A DNA stretch of 64,000 nucleotides from Camelus dromedarius (Eukaryota): positions 105,402,001 through 105,466,000 of the forward strand of contig NC_087436.1 of assembly GCF_036321535.1 (NCBI RefSeq), written 5' to 3'. The notes beneath the pieces were generated by a model, which saw only the letters and a list, made by a program, of their open reading frames with translations, did not search any database and had not been told where the DNA came from. Numbering within the stretch: position 1 is the first letter of the stretch; every line of letters begins with the position of its first letter. This document shows, one piece after another, positions 48,469 through 60,940 of this stretch. The translations under genes and the position numbers were made by a program.

Positions 48469-51400
48469 GCACAGCTCTTGCGTGAAACCTCCCCAGTAAC
48501 AATACGCCAAAAGTCACCCAAAGGAAACATTCCCTTGGCACACAATCATTCAACGCCTATGGGGTAGGCTACTCCCTGCAATCCCACGCCTGGCCGCTGA
48601 AGGGAGCTGCACAACAAAACCGTGAACATGGAATAAAGAAGACGAATCAAAAGAAAGTTAGCAGTTTATGGGGGAACAGTGCGTATAAATGAAAGCATAG
48701 CATAAATAATTCGTCTAATAAACACGGATGTAAACAATTCAGGCACACTTGGAAGATGAGATGAGCCTGTTACCTGATTTAGTGGTTTCAGGTTACTAAA
48801 ACATTCCCTAGTCACCATCAAATGAAACGGCACCGTTGTCCCCTTTGACACCCCTTTCATGGCAGGCAATGGGGCAGGTTTTAGTGGGTTATCAGAGATG
48901 ACAATCCCAACACCTCCACGAGGATTACATTGAGTAGAAGCCGAGCAAGACCCACGAGATTCCAACCTCTGTGCTCAGAAGAGGCACCTGCCCTCCATTC
49001 AGACACAGGATATGAACCCAACACCCTGAGCTGAGAACGTGGATGAGCTGAGAACTTGACTCAAGAAAATGACAGAATGAAAGGAAAGGGGGAGAGAAGC
49101 AGATTCGGATATGATTTCCAAGCTCAGCCCTGCTGCTTTTAAATATACCTGATTTCTTAACTTGTCGGGAAGTTTGCTCTATACTTTTGAAAAATAGGAA
49201 TGTTGATGGTGAACTCTCAAAGAACATCTTTGAGATGATCTAATTTGCCATGTGATCTAATTCTCCTCTACCTCCATGCTCCACTGAAAGTTCCCACAGC
49301 ATAATGTTATCATTCATTCATTCATCCAAGTAACAATTTATGAAGCCCAGAATTGTTAGGCAGTTAAGGTCACAGAGCCAGTTACTGACAGAGTCTGTCA
49401 TTTGGGGCTGAAGCATCACTCTATGATGAAAATAAAACTTGAGAAGCCAACCTTCACACTCTATGTCAGGAACCTCCTCCTCCCAGACCAAACATCCAAG
49501 TGACTCCAGGGGTTTAGAGCATATTTGGTGCCTGACTTCTCCTGGTACAGTTGTTCCTATTCACTGGTACCCATTCCAGGTGCTCCAAATCCCAGTGCCG
49601 TTCAGGACACTTCCTCAGTCACACTACAGGGCTGCTGGAATGGACATTGGTCCTTCCTTCCTTCTTTTATTTATTCACCCAACAAATATTTCAAAGTATA
49701 TGATGTACCAGGGACCGCACTGGGCAATGGGACTGGCACGGAAAACCAAACAAGATGCTCTCTGCCCTAGGGCTCCCCCAGAAACGTCCTGCCTCAATGC
49801 CATCCATGCATCCACCCATTCTCCAGTATTTATCCAGAAACTATTCACTGCCAAGAGCTCTTCTAGGCCTCCCAGAGGTAGCAGAGAACAGGACAGGCGA
49901 GGTCTCTGCCTTTATGGAGGCCACATTCTGATGAGAAAAACAATATTAAACAAATAAACTAGCCAATGAAGATATACTACGCCAAGCAATGGGAACTGCT
50001 TACAAAGAAAAAGCTGTGTGAACTGATGGAGGGTGATGGAGGGTCTATTTTCGATGGGGTGGGGGCAGGGAAGGCCTTGCTGAAGACGACACATCTGAGA
50101 AAATATCTGAATGAAGGGACGGGTGAGCCTCTGCTGAGGGAACAGAAGTAATGGGTCACTGGTCTCCCCAAGGGCAGAATTGACAGTGAAGGGAGCCCAC
50201 GCTGGCTCAGTGTCGGTAGCATCTGAGTGGGGGAGGGGCTTACCAGCGCAGAGGGGGGCCTTCCCTTGGTCTGCCCCTCTGGGCTCATGAATTTGTGTCT
50301 GAAGGTGCCCAGTGTCCTCTTTGGCTGGAGACAGTGCGGCCAGGGGACTGTGGGGAGCCCGCTGGGATGGTCAAAGTCAGAGGGACAGAAAGGAGACTCA
50401 GCACGAAGTTGCAGCCCTCCTGCCTCCTGGGATGCTTTCATCCGTTTCGGAGGGGAAGCGTCACTCCCCGGAGCTGCTTGATCAGAACCTAATTATCCCT
50501 GAAGCCATGAGTTTGAACAGTGGGGGTTTTGTCACCTGGCGCCGGGAAATGGGTCAGCGGCCAGGACAGAATGTGCCTCCCTCGCCAAGTGGGCAGCCTT
50601 GCCAAGCACGCACGTCAGGGACAGAGGCATTTACCCAGCTGAGCACACCTATGCTCGGCACTTTTTTAAAAAAAGGAGTCAAAGACACTTAACCTCCTAG
50701 ACAGGAGAAGGGCGATCTGGCCCTACCACTTACCCTCCCAGAGGCCCGGCCCCTCAGCACACCCATGGGTGACTCTAAGTCCATGGCCTTCTCAGTCTCC
50801 GCGCCCGACAGCACTGGAAACTGCCCCCCTGGAACCCCCACCTTTGCATACGGGACACACAGCTCTTCCTGGTGTACCTACCTTCCTGCCCAGCCTCCCC
50901 AAGCATCAGCCCTTGAGACGCTCTGGGGGCCATGGGGTCTGGGGCTCCCATATGGGGACAAGAGATCCAGGGGTGCTCAGCTGATTTCTACAACACCCAA
51001 CAATCGGTTTGGGGCAGCGCCAAGCCCCTCGTCCTGTCTGCTCAACGTTGCTCCCGCCTCCCTCTGTTCTGCCCTTTGCTTCCCCTTCACTGGATTTGAT
51101 CTCCAATGCAGTTTCTTCAGTGGTGGCTGAAGTTCCCTCCCTACCCTGTTTTCTCTCAGCCATGGTCCCCTTGCTCCGTGGAGAACCTGACAGATTTGAC
51201 TTGAATCTCCAGCCCGTGAAAGGCCGGAGCTCCACCCATGATTTCTGCAAACTCCTGGCGTTTGGCTTTTCCAGGTGCCGCCTCCTTGGGCCTCTGCTCT
51301 AAGCACACAGGCTCTGTTGGACTCAGTGTGGGCCTGACACGAAAGGCTCTCTCTCTCTCTGTCTCTCACACACACACACACCACTCATCCTGAGCATGTG

Positions 51401-52305
51401 TGCTTTTGGTATTTCTCCCAAAGACTGGGGAGTCATGAGGAGGGGCTCAAAGCTAGCAGAGACTCCTTCATCTCTCTGTGTCTGTCCCTCCTTCTCTCTC
51501 CCTGTTTTTCTAGCCCACTCGCACCCCCAGCAAAATATACCCTGCTCCTCTTCTCACAAGGTACTTAGACACATTTTGGAGTCTCCTACTGACACATTTT
51601 CCAAGCAGACCCCCTGCTCCCCTAGGTGAATAAACAGGTTTCCACTTCCTAACACAGCAATGACCTCTCCCAATGTCTCTCCCAAACACTTTTCCAACTC
51701 TAGTCTCTTGTCTGCATTTCAGGTGCAAATCTCCACCTGGCTCCTGGGCACATCCACCCAGATGTTCCACAGACAACGCAGGGCTGGACCCACTGTTCTT
51801 CCCCAGAACCCAGCCTCCTTCTCGTCCTCATTCTGCTAGGAACCCTCCCTGACCAATGGTGTTATCAGTCTCAAATTCACCCACGTTAGGGGACAGCGTG
51901 GGGTTGGGAACGGACTTGCTGGTCAGATGACTCAACTTGGACTCGTGCATCAGCTACTGCCTTTGCAGCCTAGGGCAAATTACTTAACCTCTCTGAGCTT
52001 CAGACTCTTCTTCTGTATGTTGGGGATATAAACACCTTGGCTGAGATAGTTCTAGTTTTATGTAAGATAAACTTATACAAAGGGCCTAACCCAAACAGGC
52101 ATTAGAGATGTGTTAGCTACTATTCTTGCTGTCCTTAGTAACTGGGGGCTCTTCTCCTCTTCCCTCCATGCAGTCTCCCTCTCCTTGTATCTGTCTGTTC
52201 AGATTCCACCCATCCACCACGGCCCAGCTCCAGTGAGAGCAGGCCTGGCACGCCGTACAAGCCAGAAGAAATCACTTCGTCTTCTGTGCATTCATGGTCC
52301 TCTGT

Positions 52306-52818
52306 GTTATTAACTCCTGTTAAACAGTGAATTTATAAGAAGAAATTGCTGCTAATAGTCTCTTGGGTCGAGAAAGACCTGAAGATCTTCTATGATGCCT
52401 TCTACTAATTTCCTCTCAGTTTTTGTCAACTAACCAAGCCCCAAATGCCTTTCTTTTCAATAGCAATTATAGGATTTCTTGCATTTCTTTCAGTTATTTA
52501 TCTGCTGCTTAAGTGCCAGCTCTTTGGGGGCAGGGCTTAAGCTTCAGGAATCTGAAGCCTCATTGAGGATGCCACCTTCAGGGACCGCAATAGATAAATT
52601 TTTAAAGTGCTCAATAGATGTTTATTGGATCAACCCATGAGCTATGAATGAATGGAATTCAATAAGCAGCAGTTATCAGCTCCTGTCAAACAGTAAATTT
52701 CTCAGAAGAAATCACTGCTAATATTCTCTTGGGTTCAGGAAGGCCTGGAGACCTTCTCTAACAGCTTTTACCAAGTTTCTCTCAGGCCATGTCAACTGGC
52801 AAAGCCCAGATGTCTTTT
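52306..52818. repeat. Diverged ~147-bp direct repeat pair (52306-52453 and 52672-52818)
   Basis: CTCCTGT(T/C)AAACAGT..AGAAGAAAT..CTGCTAATA..CTCTTGGGT..CTCTCAG..TGTCAACT..AAGCCC; period 366 bp. Confidence 0.85.
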
Positions 52819-52824
52819 GCACCT

Positions 52825-53385
52825 TTACAGCAGACCTGGAGAATCACGGCTCAGATGTCTCTTCGTGAAAGGTGGCTCCCCAGCGGCCAGGAGTGCGCTT
52901 AGCTGACAGTCTCCAGCCGCCAGCTCCTTCCAGGTCCTCTCCAAATTGCAGCCGAGGTCACTCTTCTCCCAGGGAAACCCGGCCTGGGTCTGAGCAAGGC
53001 AGTGGTATAAGGGCTGGCCACTTCCGAAGGTTTTTGGGCCCCAGGCAACAGGGCTGGCCGACCCTGGTGGGGTCTGCATTGCAACCTGATGGCTCCCCTG
53101 CCCGATCTGCTTCTCCCTGTTTTCTTTTACAGGTGTTCCTCTCTAAAAAAGCTTTGTTTCTTTTGGGGGGAGAGGTGGTTGGGAGGGAGGTAATTAAGTT
53201 TATTAATTTTTTTAAGTTACTTTTTTTCTACTTGAGGTACTGAGGATTGAACCCAGGACTTCATGCACGCTAGGCATGCACCCTACCATTGACTTACACC
53301 CTCTCCCCGCTCCCTAAGAAGGCCTTTTGCAATTTCAACTCCAATTCAGCCTCTGTTTTCCCCAAATCCCAAATAGCTCACCATT
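52825..53385 (+). mobile_element. LTR16C-like ERVL solo LTR, interrupted by a SINE
   Basis: GGAGTGCG..TAGCTGACAGTCTCCAGC..GCCGAGGTCACTCTT..TCTGCATTGCA..CTGATGGCTCCCCTGCCC..ACAGGTGTT. Confidence 0.75.
53157..53308 (-). mobile_element. tRNA-Ala-derived SINE (vic-1 type)
   Basis: GGGAGGTAATTAAGTTTATT..GAGGTACTGAGGATTGAACCCAGGACTTCATGCACGCTAGGCATGC; degenerate TSD CTCTCTAAAAAAGCTTTG / CTCCCTAAGAAGGCCTTTTG. Confidence 0.85.
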
Positions 53386-54194
53386 GTGGACCAGTGTCCC
53401 AACAGAGCCTAGAAAGAGCCAGAAGAAAGACTGACCTCATTTTCCAGGAGTGACACACATTTATGGCAGGTGGGGAAATCCAGAACATTGAGTTGATCAG
53501 ACAGCACCAATTTTGGCCAGACTCTGGCCACGAGAAGCCTTTTCCAAGGGTCTGTCCATATACCACAAAGGACACCGATGGTCCTTTGGCTTCCATGGGG
53601 AAATCCAACTATAATTACATTGCCCAAAATATTGTAGTGAAATTGATCAGAGAGAATGCTGTTCTCATGGCAAATTTTCTGATTTCCCAAATGAGTCTAA
53701 AAACAAGACATTATTGATGAATTCTATTATTCCTCTCAGAGGATAAAAGATAAAAATAAATAGCGCTGTCTGCGCTGTATACCCCACAGAACTGCCTCAG
53801 CTTGTCCTGGGATGGAGACGGGTGTGGAGCGTGGCTGGGGGCCGTTTTTTCCAGCCGGCTCTTTTTTTGGTCTGGAGGCTCCAGGATTATTTGTGATCTA
53901 CAAGGGTGACTATGCCTTCTCCTCTTTCTGCCCTTGTCACCCTTCAGCAACTCTCTCCTAGCTCCTGGGGATTCTTGCCTCAAGTCAGGCTTCGTGTGCA
54001 GCAAGGGGAAATTTGTAGACGGCCTTCATTCTGCCACTCACTCTTTCACATTCAGCTAGCGCCTCCTGAGATACTTGGACACGTTCATCTTGAAGGTCAC
54101 GTAAGCCTGAAAATTGTCTCGATCATCCCCTGATAACTTGAGGAATGGTCATACCTAACATTGCTTTTGGACAATAGTCCAACACAGAGATATG

Positions 54195-54388
54195 ACACTT
54201 AGGTGGTTTCCAAGTCTTGGCTATTATGAATAATGCTGCAGTGAATATGGGATGGCATGTATCTCTTCAAAGTCCTGATTTATTTCTCCCTTCCTTCCTT
54301 CCTTCCCATCCTTCCTTCCCATCCTTCCTTCCCTTCCTTCCTTCCTTCCTTCCTTCCTTCCTTCTTTTCCTTTCTTTCCCTTTCTTTC

Positions 54389-54478
<90 letters not shown>

Positions 54479-54652
54479 TTCCTTCCTTCCTTCCTTCCTT
54501 CCTTCCTTTCTTCCTTTCTTCCTTTCTTTCTTTCTTCTATATACCCAATAATGGGATCATATGGTAGTTCTATTTTAAGTTTTTGAAGAACCTCCATATC
54601 GTTTTCCATAACGGCTGCACCAATTTATATTCCCATCAACAATGCAGAAGGG
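54195..54652 (-). mobile_element. L1M fragment split by a pyrimidine microsatellite
   Basis: CTTGGCTATTATGAATAATGCTGCAGTGAATATGG..[repeat]..ATATACCCA..ATGGTAGTTCTATTTT..AACCTCCATA..GGCTGCACCAATTTA. Confidence 0.85.
54283..54538. repeat. (TTCC)n-(TTTC)n-(TTCC)n compound microsatellite
   Basis: About 255 bp, almost entirely C/T on the + strand. Confidence 0.95.
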
Positions 54653-57099
54653 GGTAAAAACCAATATATTTTCAAATAACTTGGAGCAAGATAAAGGAAG
54701 GAATGTCAGGGCTTCTGCTTTCTAGAATCTTGTGAAAAGCATTGACATTTTTGCCCCCCACCTTCCAGTACCCTCCAGCAGGATTATGATGGAATAGGAC
54801 AGCTCGGCCCACTGCACTCTTGGACACTCTGACATTGGCTGCCTTACCTTGGTCAGGACATGTAACCTATCCACACCTCAGTTTCTTCCTCTGAAAACGC
54901 CTTCTGTTCCAAGGTTACTGTGAGGCTGCAATTGAGATAATGGGGGTTAAGGGGCTTTGTAAGCTGCAAAACTGCTGTATGGCTGTCAGATCCTATCATC
55001 GCACCCTTAAGAGGTACTCGACTTTTCCTGCTGTGGAAGGTAAGTATCCCTGCACAGGGATGCCTGAGATAGAAACACTTCTGGAACTTTTTTTCAACAA
55101 AGGATAAGCCTTTATCTGACACGAGCTAAGACGGCCTGCCGAGGACAAACTCAGGATTTATAACTGCCCTCTTCCTGAAATGACTGCTCCTGTGGGTTAG
55201 CATTTGGGCCAGTGGACACACCTCCTTGCCTTTCCTTAAATGATGGCTCAATCACTCTCCTACCAAATTAGCAGTCTTCAGGAGCCACATAAATTCCAAG
55301 ACCCAATGTCATCCTAATGATTGAGAACGAAGAGTCATGAGCTTTGTTTAAGGAATGAAAATTTATCTCAGTGCAGTGGCGGGTCTAGTCTTGCTGTGGT
55401 CTTACCCCAACGTAAGAAGAGTGTGTGTGTGAGTGTGTATGTGTGGGGGGGGGCCTGTGTGCTGAACCCACCACCATCTCGCCCTCTGGCCAGGCTCCTG
55501 AGATGCCGCCCAGTTACCTGGTGGCTGCTAACCCAAGCACACAGGATGTCCTCCTGAATTTACTGCATGCACAGGGCCAGCTGAGGGCAGGGAATCCACA
55601 GCTGGATCACATCCGCTTGTCCACCACGGTATTCCCAGAGTCTAGCACAGTCTATGGCCTAGAAGAGTTGCTCAATAAATATTTGTTGGTTAATTAAGCT
55701 AATCTTCCTGGCTTTCGGATAATGCAGAGATTTTGTCTTTTGGGCTGTGGATAGAAATCGATGGGAAAGAATGAAAACACTTTTAAGTACCAGCAGGCTA
55801 TTTTGACAAAGAGAAGTCTTATTTCCTTGGGTACATTCTAAGCTCCCCAAAGAGAATATATTTGTATCTTAATCTATATCTATCCATACCTCTATCTTTA
55901 TTCAATCCATATCCATATCTATTTCTACAGTGATTTGTGGCTCTCAATGAACAGCTAAAGACCAACTAGCTAACCATGTAATTAACTAGCTTGTACTGCT
56001 TGTAAAGAATCTTCGTATTCTTCAATGGATTCCATCCTTCAAGCAACCTAGGGTGACGGGCACTGTCCTCTCCCCATCTACTGAAGAGGAGATTAAGGCC
56101 CTTTGAAGATGAGACCTGCTAAAGTTTCTCTGGTAATAAATGGTGAATCTGGGATTCCTATCAGGCCCTCTGACAACACCATTCCATGAAGCTCCCAGTG
56201 CCCCTGTGTTCCTTGATATCCGTCTCTAAAGAGTTCAGAAAGGGAAGCATGAGGGAAGACTCTGAAGACAAATTCCAGATCCTTGTCTTCAGAGCAACTC
56301 TTCCTATAAGATAAGGGGGGGTTGAAGAGGGGAGACCCATAGCCAGGTCTGTAGGTAGAAGTAGCAGTCTTAGTCTGTCTTCTGGTTTCAGGGGGTCTGT
56401 CTGAGATTCTTCCCTTGGTGTCAAGTTTACTCCTGAGAGCTATGTTCAAACACAAACAACCCTGGGAAGGGCTAGCCAGTGAATTGACAGCCACTGGGAT
56501 TAATACAAATGTATTTCAGATACTTTCCTCATAATATATTTTGATGTGGGTTGGGATGGGTTGAACAGAAGGCATAAGATCACAGAATAACTCAGATGTC
56601 ATAGAATGAAAAAAATTAAAAGCTCCAAAAGTCTTTAATTTAGTCTTGTTTAAAAGTAAGTTGAGACCAGAGGCCACAGGCTTCAATAGCAAGGAACCTG
56701 CGATTGGGAGAGGTCTTATGACCTTTGAAAATGCAAAGGACTGAAGAGCCATGGTTTATGGATTAGAGAAGAGCTTAGAGGACATTTAAAGATCCAATAG
56801 TATAAATTTAAGTTAAACCTGTACTCATTTGGTAACTTGCTTTCCTAAAGTAGAATTTCTAAGTCTGTTTTTTAAGAAGAGTGAAGAGATTTCCCATAAA
56901 ATTATTATATTGACTTATAAATTTGAGACCGTGAAAGTCAAGTGCCCTTGTCTTAGAAGACTGACTTCACTCATAGACCCACTGTCTGGGACTCACAGAT
57001 GTACTTCTAGCCAACTCAACCCAACCAAAAGAGCAGACACATTCTCCAAGACCTAGGAAAATAGCTAAAGGCATTCTGATATCAGTATAAACAAAGTGA

Positions 57100-57639
57100 T
57101 GTATTTGTCAGGGTTCCCCAGAAAAACAGAGCCAATGAGATACACATATGAGAAGATTTATTATAGGGATTGGCTGGAGCAGTGATGGAGACCAAGAAGT
57201 CCCATGATCTGCTGTTTGTGAACTGGAGACCCAGGAAAACTGATAGCGTACTTCAGTCCAAAGGCCTGAGAACTGGGGTGGGGGTGGGTGGCTAGGGCAC
57301 CAGGGCAATGGTGTTAAGTCCTGGTTTGAATCCAAAACCCTGAAAAACAGAAGGACCAGTGTCTGACAGCAGGAGAAGACAGATGCCTTAGCTCAAGCAG
57401 AGATGGCAAATTCACCCTTGATCTACATTTTTGTTTTGTCAGGCCCTCAACAGATTGGATGATGCCCACCCACATGCACTGGTGAGGCTGGTGAGGGTAA
57501 TCTTCTTCCCCTGGTCTACCAATTCAAAAGCTAACCTTTTCCTGAAACACCCTCGCAGACACACCCAGAAATCACATTTTACCAGCTCTCTGGGCATCCC
57601 GTGGCCCAGTCAGGTTGACACAGAAAATTACCCATCACA
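57100..57639 (-). mobile_element. MLT2B-like ERVL solo LTR
   Basis: TGTATT..CAGGGTTC..AGAAGTCCCATGATCTGC..CAGGCCCTCAACAGATTGGATGATGCCCACCCACA..GTTGACACAGAAAATTACCCATCACA; flanks AGTGA/GGTGA fit a 5-bp TSD with one mismatch. Confidence 0.85.
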
Positions 57640-57699
57640 GGTGACTCTTAAAGTGTAAATTAACATCCCTCTGATTAACATTTTTTTAAGTGCAAAATT

Positions 57700-57870
57700 T
57701 CAGAATAATTAGTAGAAAATAGATAATAAAGATGAACATACAGTAGTGAAATAAGAAACAAAGATCAAACAGAAAAAAATCAACAAAGGCATAACTTGGT
57801 TTCTTGAGAAAATTAATAAAAATAGATAAAATTCTGGCAGTATTAATCAAGAGAAGAAAAATGACCCAAA
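57700..57870 (+). mobile_element. L1 ORF2 fragment
   Basis: AAAATCAACAAAGGCATAACTTGGTTTCTTGAGAAAATTAATAAAAATAGATAAA resembles the KIN..SWFFEKINKIDK block of L1 ORF2. Confidence 0.7.
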
Positions 57871-58041
57871 AAAGTATAGAATTTCAAAATTTCCCTGACA
57901 AAGGGGAGGGAAAAGACATCACAAAATTGGGGAAAGAGGGAAACTGGCATTGAGAGGCAAAGTTGGGGACACTAACTGAGTTTTAGCTGATTCTCAGTTT
58001 CATCTTGAAGTTGCTGGGTATGACCGCTGATGTCTGAATGG

Positions 58042-58560
58042 ATTAGTTAGGATTCCTTTGGTTACAATAAACCAAAACTCATATTCTGGCTAGTTAGGCA
58101 AAAAAGGGAATTTATTGTCTCACAAAACTGAAGAGTTTAATGGGTGACTTTATCTGAGGTCCAAACAATGCCATCAAGATCCTCTCTTGTGGGGGAGGAG
58201 TTAAACTTCTCAGGGCCCTAGATGGGTTCTCAGGCTCACATCACCACAACTCCTTGGCCAGTGGAAAAGTGAGACTGCTTCCCCAAATTTAAAGCGTAAG
58301 TCCTGTCAAGCAGTTCTGTTAGCCCTGATTGTTCCACTTGGATGATATATTCATCATGAAACCAGTCACTGTGGCTGGGAGAATGGGATGTTCTGAGATG
58401 CTCTAGTCTAGATGCCACATGCACTAAGAAATGGAAGGGGCCCCACATAGATTTAACACTAAGAACAAATCATTCCCTCCAAAGCAAAATTATGTCTCAA
58501 TGTCATCAGAAGGGGTGGCTGATGCTGAGTAACAAATATCCCACAGCTGTCCATTACACT
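58042..58560 (-). mobile_element. MLT1K-like LTR
   Basis: TTAGTTAGGATTCCTTTGGTTACAA..AAAAGGGAATTTATTG..TGAAACCAGTCACTGTGGCTGGG..CTGTCCATTACA. Confidence 0.65.
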
Positions 58561-60374
58561 GGTGGTGGGGAGGAGGTGGCAAAGATCACCAGATACCATG
58601 GCCAGCGTCTTGAGGGCCTTTAAGCTGATTTAGGAAACCACATGAAATATCCACAGGCAGCTCTTCAAGAACACAAATCAAATTCAAGAGGCCAATATTG
58701 GGCAGATTCAGAATGAATTCCAGACTTGTGACACCCACTGAGTTTATGCAGAAAGGAAATGATGAGAAGCCATAATGGCATCTACATTTGACCAGCAGCC
58801 AACCACAAGAGTGGCATATTAGGGTGATGTGGTCAAAGAGGATAAGAAAACTCGATTAGGAAGAAAAAAAAAAAAGACTGTTTTGGTTTCACTCCCCACC
58901 CTGCAGAGAATCCAATTTGTAGCCATTCAAACCAAGTGCCTTTGAGGTTTGGATGAATAATTTTTCTTTGGTTGTTACAGTAAGCATCAGAGCCAGGGTC
59001 AGATGTTAGTCAAGGCTTTCCAAAGCTTATAGTTCTGGCGAGAACACTGCTGGCAAGATGTGGGTAGGGGCAGTGTCATGGTGGAGGTTAGCTGGAAAAC
59101 GGGGGAGGGGGTTAGAAGCATGATGAGGTCCTTGAGAGTCTTACAAGATTTACAGTTTGCTTTAGAACTTGACGATTATGTTTGGTTTAAAAATAGAACA
59201 CCAAACTGCAGTATTCTTAGATCCACACTCTTCTCTAAGATTTCTGTTTTCCTGTTTTCTGATTGCACCTGATAGCTATTTTCTCTTTAATGTCTGTATG
59301 TACAAAATATCATTCATTCATTCCCTCATTCATTCAATCAACCAACATTATATTGAAGGCTTACTCAGGGAGAATCAAGGTTTCATGTAGGGTCTGAAGT
59401 TTTCCCATCCAACGTCCCACAGTTCCTCCTTCCCATCCCCACTGGTCATCTAGCTGCCAACCTGGCATCAGCACATGGGTGGCTCATGGACATTTCAGAG
59501 TCAACATCTCCAATATCAAACCCTTGATATCTCTCTCCCAGCCAAACCCTCTCCTCTTCTAGGCTTTCTCATCTCAAGACACGGTGCCTCCATCTACCCA
59601 CTGGCTCCAGCTAAAACCTGGGAGGAAGCATCTTGACATTTCCTCCACTTGATGCTGACATCTGTCCAACTTAGCACCTAGTAGGCTCTCAATCAATATT
59701 GACTGAATCACAGGTGATTGAATGAGAGGTGAATGAATGAGCAATGCTTTGAGTTGCCTCCACACGCCACTCCAGCCTGTGCCATTTCATCCCCATAGGA
59801 ATGTGTGCCCTGACACGGGGATGCAGCTTGAGTAAGTGGACAGCTGAACAAGGATTTTTACATTTCAAAAAACTCTTGCTATTTCCTGGAAACAGATTGT
59901 GTCTCTCCGATTGTCTATGAAGTTTTTTTTTAAACTACTGAAGATCTTGGAATCAAACCAAAGTCATCTGCATTTCCATTTTTATATCTTTATTTATAAA
60001 CTGCACCTTATAATTTACAAGCATTCACTTAGTGTCTCTAACAGAGCCGAAACAAATACCAACCCTGCCAGCTATGCTACCCAAGTCTTCTCTCTGCACC
60101 CTTCCTATCAGGAACTTTCTAGTTTTTCAGGTTGGAGGGAATGGGCTGGAGTTAGACCTAGCTTGGGGAGGGTAAGGATAGGAATAATGACTATATGTCT
60201 CCTTTATTTAGGGGAGAAAGAGGAAGGTCTCATTGTGCCCATTTTCTAGATGAGAAAATAGAGGCTGGAGATGAGAGTGACATGATCAAGAAGGTTTGCT
60301 TATGAGCGGTGAAGCCAGGCCTCGAATCTGCATCTCTGGAATTCCTCACACCAAGGGTCTTTCTAGGGTACTGG

Positions 60375-60550
60375 ATGGGGATCTCTCCACCTCAGCACCA
60401 GTGGTATTTTGGGCTGGATCATGCTTTGTTGTGCATTGTAGGATGTTTAACAGCATCCCTGGCCTCTACCCATTACATGCCAGTAACACCCACCCCACTG
60501 TGATAAGCCAAACTACATTGCCAAGTGTCACCCCTGATTGAGAACCATCG
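60375..60550. mobile_element. MER20 MITE
   Basis: TTTTGGGCTGGAT..GTGCATTGTAGGATGTTTAACAGCATCCCTGGCCTCTACCCA..TTGAGAACCA. Confidence 0.8.
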
Positions 60551-60739
60551 TGCTAGACTGCCCTTGTCCCTGAATAAAAGGTAGGAACAAAGGTTAGGAA
60601 GATTCTTCTCCTTTCAGAGCCTCTCATCCCCAACCCCCTCCCTATTTCCTCCTATCCCAGGGTTTACCTGAGAATTGCCCCGCCCACAATATCACACAAA
60701 CCTCTGAACAAATACCTAGTACCTCCTGGGTGGCATTGG

Positions 60740-60940
60740 GGACTTTACAGACTTAACAACATTCAATCCCGAAGGTGCACACAACTATCTCCCATTTTAC
60801 AGGGGAGGAAACTGAGGCATTGAGAGGTCATAACTTGCCCACAATTACAGTTAGTAAGTGGCTGGCTGGGCTGCAAACCCACACCTGTCTAGCTCTGAGG
60901 ACAGAGGGTTTACCTTCCTCCTCGCTCCACTACCACACAG
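60740..60940 (-). mobile_element. MIR SINE
   Basis: CCCATTTTACAGGGGAGGAAACTGAGGCATTGAGAGGTCATAACTTGCCC. Confidence 0.8.

Noticed and set aside
53761..53781. REST/NRSE site (also GGTGCTGA near 62674)
   Set aside because: Only half-sites match; no canonical 21-bp RE1 found.
53400..54150. Possible processed pseudogene or ERVL internal sequence downstream of LTR16
   Set aside because: The frames I examined gave no recognisable protein; a BLASTX/Dfam search would be needed to exclude it fully.
54217..54609. Phe/Leu/Ser-rich and Lys/Glu/Arg-rich ORFs
   Set aside because: Translations of the (TTTC)n/(TTCC)n microsatellite.
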